DNA of 64,000 bases from Heteronotia binoei (lineage: Eukaryota): the NCBI RefSeq assembly GCF_032191835.1, contig NC_083231.1, positions 62,310,001-62,374,000 on the forward strand, in the 5' to 3' direction. Every line of letters begins with the position of its first letter. Position 1 is the first letter of the stretch. Both the position numbers and the translations under genes were made by a program. Shown here one piece after another: positions 60,044 to 64,000 of the stretch. The notes under the pieces were generated by a model. It made no database searches. It saw only the letters and a program-made list of their open reading frames with translations, and was not told the DNA's origin.

Positions 60044-60661
60044 GTGCTGACCACCTTTGCAAGGGCAACCTATGACCAGCTGGTCAAAGCAATGACGAAC
60101 CACATGGTGCCACAGCCATCCTGTCTCACGCACAGGCATGCATTCTACATGAGACAGCATAGACAAGCTGAGTCCGCCGCTGAGTATCTTGCAGAGCTCC
60201 GTGGATTAGCCCTGAGATGCAATTTCACGGGGGACCTGGAAGAGATCCTGCTAGACCATTTTGTGGTTGGTGTCCGAGAGGAGAAAATGTGCCGAAAGTT
60301 GCTAGCATATGAGGACAAAGACATCGACCTCGCGAAAGCGCTCCGACAGGCAACCGCCTTTGAACAGATGCACACCAGCCCTTCTGCAAACCAAGCCATC
60401 GCTGCCTCGATCTCGGACGGCTCTGACAAGGAAGGGGCACATCAGCTTCGCCGCCAGCCATGCAGCAGGCTGAAAACACCAAATCGAGAATGGGCAGCGG
60501 AGAAACCGAGCACCAAGTGCGCCAGCTGTGGGGATCCACATGAGTGCCAAGACTGCCCCAACTGTATCACGGACTGCAGAAGCTGCGGAAAAGTGGGCCA
60601 CATCGCCCGAGCTTGCAGGGCCAGACCCAACAGGAGGCCCAGTTCGCACACCATAACTTGA
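60044..60661 (+). CDS. Gypsy Gag remnant with zinc knuckles
   Basis: RHAFYMRQ..ESAAEYLAELRGLALRCNF..LLDHFVVG; CRSCGKVGHIARAC (CCHC). Confidence 0.75.
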   Translation: MLTTFARATYDQLVKAMTNHMVPQPSCLTHRHAFYMRQHRQAESAAEYLAELRGLALRCNFTGDLEEILLDHFVVGVREEKMCRKLLAYEDKDIDLAKALRQATAFEQMHTSPSANQAIAASISDGSDKEGAHQLRRQPCSRLKTPNREWAAEKPSTKCASCGDPHECQDCPNCITDCRSCGKVGHIARACRARPNRRPSSHTIT

Positions 60662-61771
60662 CAGCCGCACACACGACAGCCGCAAACAGCCTCCAGGTAA
60701 TGAACTTGCCCCAGGACACCCCTGACAAGGTCAAAGTGCAGGTCTTAATCGAGGGGGGTCCCTGCCTGATGGAATTGGACACAGGATCCTCCATCTCCAT
60801 TATTTTGGAGGAGACCCTCAGTAAACTCTGCCCCACAACCGGCTGACCCTGCGGCCCGCGGAGTTCATTTTACGGGACTTTCAAAAGAATCCAGTGCAGA
60901 TCATGGGGTGGGCCAGAGTTCGGGTGGAGTTCAAAAATTTTAAAGGGGCCCTGGACATTCTTATGGTGAAGCGCCGGCTCACCACCCTATTGGGTTTGGC
61001 TTTGTTTAAGCCCCTGGGCATCAAAATTGTAGGGGCGGACCACATGCAGGCCCACAATTTCGACCAAGTGTGCCGGGAGTTCCTGGAAGTATTTGATGGG
61101 GCTCTGAGAACGTACAAGGGGCCACCTATCGCGTTGCAGCTGGACCCCACAGTTAGGCCCTTAAGGCTGAAGGCTCGGTGGGTTTCGTTTGCACTTAAGC
61201 CAAAAATCAAAGCCGAACTGGACCGCCTCGTGGCCCAGGGAGTGGTAGAGCCCGTCTCCCACACCACTTGGGAAATCCCAATAGTCACCCCAGTCAAGCC
61301 GAACGGGGACGGGCACATCTGTGCAGACTACAAATGCACAATTAATAAAGCACTATAGGACCACCCATACCCCATCCCATGTCCTTGCCTCCCTGGCCGG
61401 TTCCAAGATTTTTGGGAAGTTGGATTTGGTCCAAGCATACCAACAATTTCTGGTGGATGAGCAAACAGCTGAGGCTCAGACCATCATTACACACCTGGGG
61501 GGAGGGCTTTCAAGTTGCGGAGGCTACAATTTGGGTTCAGCGTGGCTCTAGGAATTTTCCAAAGCTTAATGGACTCTCTCCTTAAAGGGATTCCCGGAGT
61601 ACAACCCTTTTTCGATGACATTTTGATAGTTGCACCAGATGCCGACAAGTTCTGCTGCCGCCTTTGAGAGGTGCTCCGCTGCTTCCAGAATGGGGGTCTC
61701 AAGGTGAAGTGGGAGAAGTGCTCACTTTGGGTGCCAAGGGTGGAGTTCCTGGGGTTTGCGGTGGATGGGCG
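60662..61771 (+). pseudogene. Gypsy protease and RT remnant (frameshifts, stops)
   Basis: MELDTGSSISI; ELDRLVAQGVVEPV; ICADYKCTINKAL; KLDLVQAYQQ; FFDDILI; EFLGF. Confidence 0.85.
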
Positions 61772-62494
61772 GGAAGTTTAACTGGCCAGGATTGTACCTG
61801 ACAAGGAAGAAGGTTGTTCCGGGAAATGTATATAACAGGGGACCTGGCCCCACCATGTTGTCTTTGTGATGTACTCGCTAATAAAGCATGTTGTCATCTG
61901 AATGTCTCTGACTTCAGTACATTACAGGGGGAAAGCAGGATCTAGTTAGTGCCTGGAAGGAAGGAAAAATGGGATATACATCAATTCAACCAAATTATAT
62001 AACAGCCTCACTTGGTTTAAAAAAATCAGGCGTTACCATAATCTTGATCTTGACCTTTCTTCATTTGTACTAGGGCTGCCAACATTTCTCTAGTAAGTTT
62101 TGGGTTTTTTTGGAGGACTGTTTAAAAAAAAAAAAGCGGGGGAGGAAGATAAGCCTATCTGCGAAGTAGCTTTAAAGGGGGGGGGGGGTTAAAAAAACCC
62201 TGGAGGAAACCAGGGCACTGGTCCTCGCAGGAACTCGCTGGGCTTCCCCTCACAGTTCTCCAGGGGGCTTGCGGAACGAGCCGACCTCCCCCTGGGCACC
62301 GGGAGACGAACAACAAACGACGGCTCCTTCCTCTCTTGCTGTGTGAAGGACAGGTCACCTCGAGGCGCAGCTTGGTGACGGGCGGGGGCGACCAGCGACC
62401 CCAAACCGAGTAGACAGCCGAGCAACGTCCTGCACCCGGCTTCCCCTCGCCCAGCGCGCCTGCGCCAGGGGCAGTCGCTCCGAGGTGGCCGCCG

Positions 62495-62875
62495 CCACTT
62501 CCTCCTCTTGCTGCTGCTGCTGCTGCTGCTGCGCTCGGGAGTCGCCGGCGGGCTGCGGTGACATTGTGGGGAGGAGGAGCCTGGGCTGGCAAGAGGCGGC
62601 GCTGAGGCAGGGACGCGCGAGTTGCTTTGCGCCTCTGGCTTGTGCGAGCGCCGGTGGCAGCTGCAGCACGCCAGCCAACTTGGATCCGGCGCACACGGCG
62701 GGGGGTGGTCGGGCGCCTGGAGTCTCGCAGTGCCTCTCGCACGCTCGGCCAGAGGCTGCTGCTGGAAGCGGTGGTCTATTAATAGCAGGAGCTCGGGAAC
62801 CACTGCGTGTTACGCACCGCCAAAGGAAGGGCTGCTGTCGCCGCCACCGCCGCGGCTTCTTGGGGAGGCAAACAG
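62495..62875 (+). other. Probable non-coding first exon of an unidentified + strand gene; intron 1 runs off the window
   Basis: Pyrimidine-rich start after the ETS motif, no ATG in the exon, donor CAG|GTAACA at 62875/62876, island extends downstream; the start position is a guess. Confidence 0.5.
62509..62532 (+). repeat. (CTG/CAG)8 trinucleotide repeat
   Basis: tgctgctgctgctgctgctgctgc. Confidence 0.95.
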
Positions 62876-64000
62876 GTAACAAAAAAAGAACAAGAAGGGG
62901 GGTGGGGGAGAGGCTCGGCGGGTTTGCTCGGCTTCTGCTGGGGAGCTTCCTCTTGGGCTGGAGGAGGAAGGCGCTTTGGGGAACGGAGCCGGCTTGCTGC
63001 AGGGAAGCTCTCCGGTGAAAGTCTCTCCCCCTCCCTCCCGACGCTTCTGGATCCCCTTTCAAGTTTCTTCCTGTTGCGGGGAAAGGCAGCACCCGTGGGA
63101 AGGGAGGGAGGCGCGGCGGCCGTGGTTGCGTGTTTGCGGGCTTTGCCAGGAGGTGCGATGCCCCAAACAGACTGGCTGGGGCTGTTCGGACGGGCGGTAG
63201 GTGTTTGCGGGGCTGCCTTTGCTCGGGGCTGGCGCGGCTGAGAGAAGCGAGACCGAGCCGAAGGCTTCCAAGCTGCTGCGTTGCTATTCTTGGAACCTAC
63301 CCGGTGGGTCTATTTCCCCTACCTGGGATTGTCCTTCCCTCCCCCCCCCCCCAAAAAAAAGGGGGGGAATAATGTTTGTAGTTGTTTTCCTCTTTCTCGG
63401 GGAAGGGCGGGGAGAAAGAGGCGTATGTTCCCTCTTATTTGATTCTTCTACTGCATTTCCTCCTGATGATGATGATCTAGAATAGATTTATCGCTGGGTA
63501 CCAGTCAAGAAGGCTGCCCGGGAAGATGAGCTTGGATTGCGACGGATGAGCCTGGATTGCAGAATACATTAGCACAAAACCGGAGAAAATGATTCTTTTG
63601 ACTGTCGCCTTTAAATAATGCAGACGCTGGTTGTTGGGCTTTGGAGATAGGCTAGGGACGTTGCATCTGGGGGAACCGGTTGGTTTGAGGCTTGATCACT
63701 TGCGACCAAAGAAATTGCTCTCCTCCAACGCGGCATTCTGCCCTTCCTCCCCGTCTCTGGTTAAGGGCTTTAAAAAAGAACTTCTCAACGGGGCAGAATG
63801 GCAGAAACTAGACGCTGGAGTAGAGAGATCTTTCCGATTCTTTGGAGAGAATGCCTACAAGGTGTTCTGTTTTGATGCGCTGGGGTAGATTTTGAGCCCA
63901 TGTTTACTTCTTGCACATCTAACCCTATCAGAAATCCCAAACGAGGAAGCCACCTAAGGTGAAAGAATGTTGGGATCTGAAACTTTGTATTTGTCCAAAT

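Larger units (their letters stand above)
59721..61926 (+). mobile_element. Gypsy/Ty3 LTR retrotransposon with a large internal deletion
   Basis: 5' LTR about 59721-59998 (TG..CA), PBS-like CTGGTGACAAGGA at 59999, partial 3' LTR 61772-61926 matching 59848-59998. Confidence 0.85.
62200..63330. promoter_or_regulatory. CpG island promoter
   Basis: Sharp rise in GC and CpG; NRF1-like GCGCCTGCGC 62456-62465; ETS-like CACTTCCT 62496-62503. Confidence 0.8.

Noticed and set aside
62155-63372. Long ORFs of 144-245 aa in the CpG island
   Set aside because: GC-rich DNA lacks stops; most begin at non-ATG codons and are low complexity. Only the ATG-led poly-Gln frame is kept, as a low-confidence finding.
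1-64000. Endogenous non-retroviral virus or captured cellular gene
   Set aside because: No ORF outside the transposons showed viral or cellular domain motifs that I could recognise; a translated database search would be needed to exclude short relics.

Overview
Vertebrate, almost certainly squamate (probably gecko-like) genomic DNA, inferred from its repeat content: BovB, Sauria-type and 5S-derived SINEs, abundant L2 tails, hAT MITEs. The window is mostly non-coding and transposon-dominated, and I could not identify any host protein-coding gene. Main elements: (1) a full-length, apparently intact L1 (13078-18473, +; ORF1 271 aa, ORF2 1247 aa, 11-bp TSD); (2) a degenerate Ngaro-type tyrosine-recombinase retrotransposon (40729-50065, -) with split direct repeats A1...B1-A2-B2 and an extra SGNH-hydrolase ORF preceded by a strong splice acceptor; (3) a young L2 with an intact 991-aa ORF inserted into the Ngaro recombinase (42240-45916, -); (4) an old L1 with an inverted 5' segment carrying nested RTE, L2 and tail insertions (2220-5340); (5) an internally deleted Gypsy element (59721-61926); (6) a decayed RTE-X-like LINE, a 5'-truncated BovB, solo LTRs, many MITEs, and Penelope-type termini with minimal hammerhead-ribozyme motifs; (7) a CpG-island promoter at the right end with a probable non-coding first exon on + containing a (CTG)8 repeat. 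All alignments and mismatch counts were made by eye; family names come from recalled motifs, not database searches.
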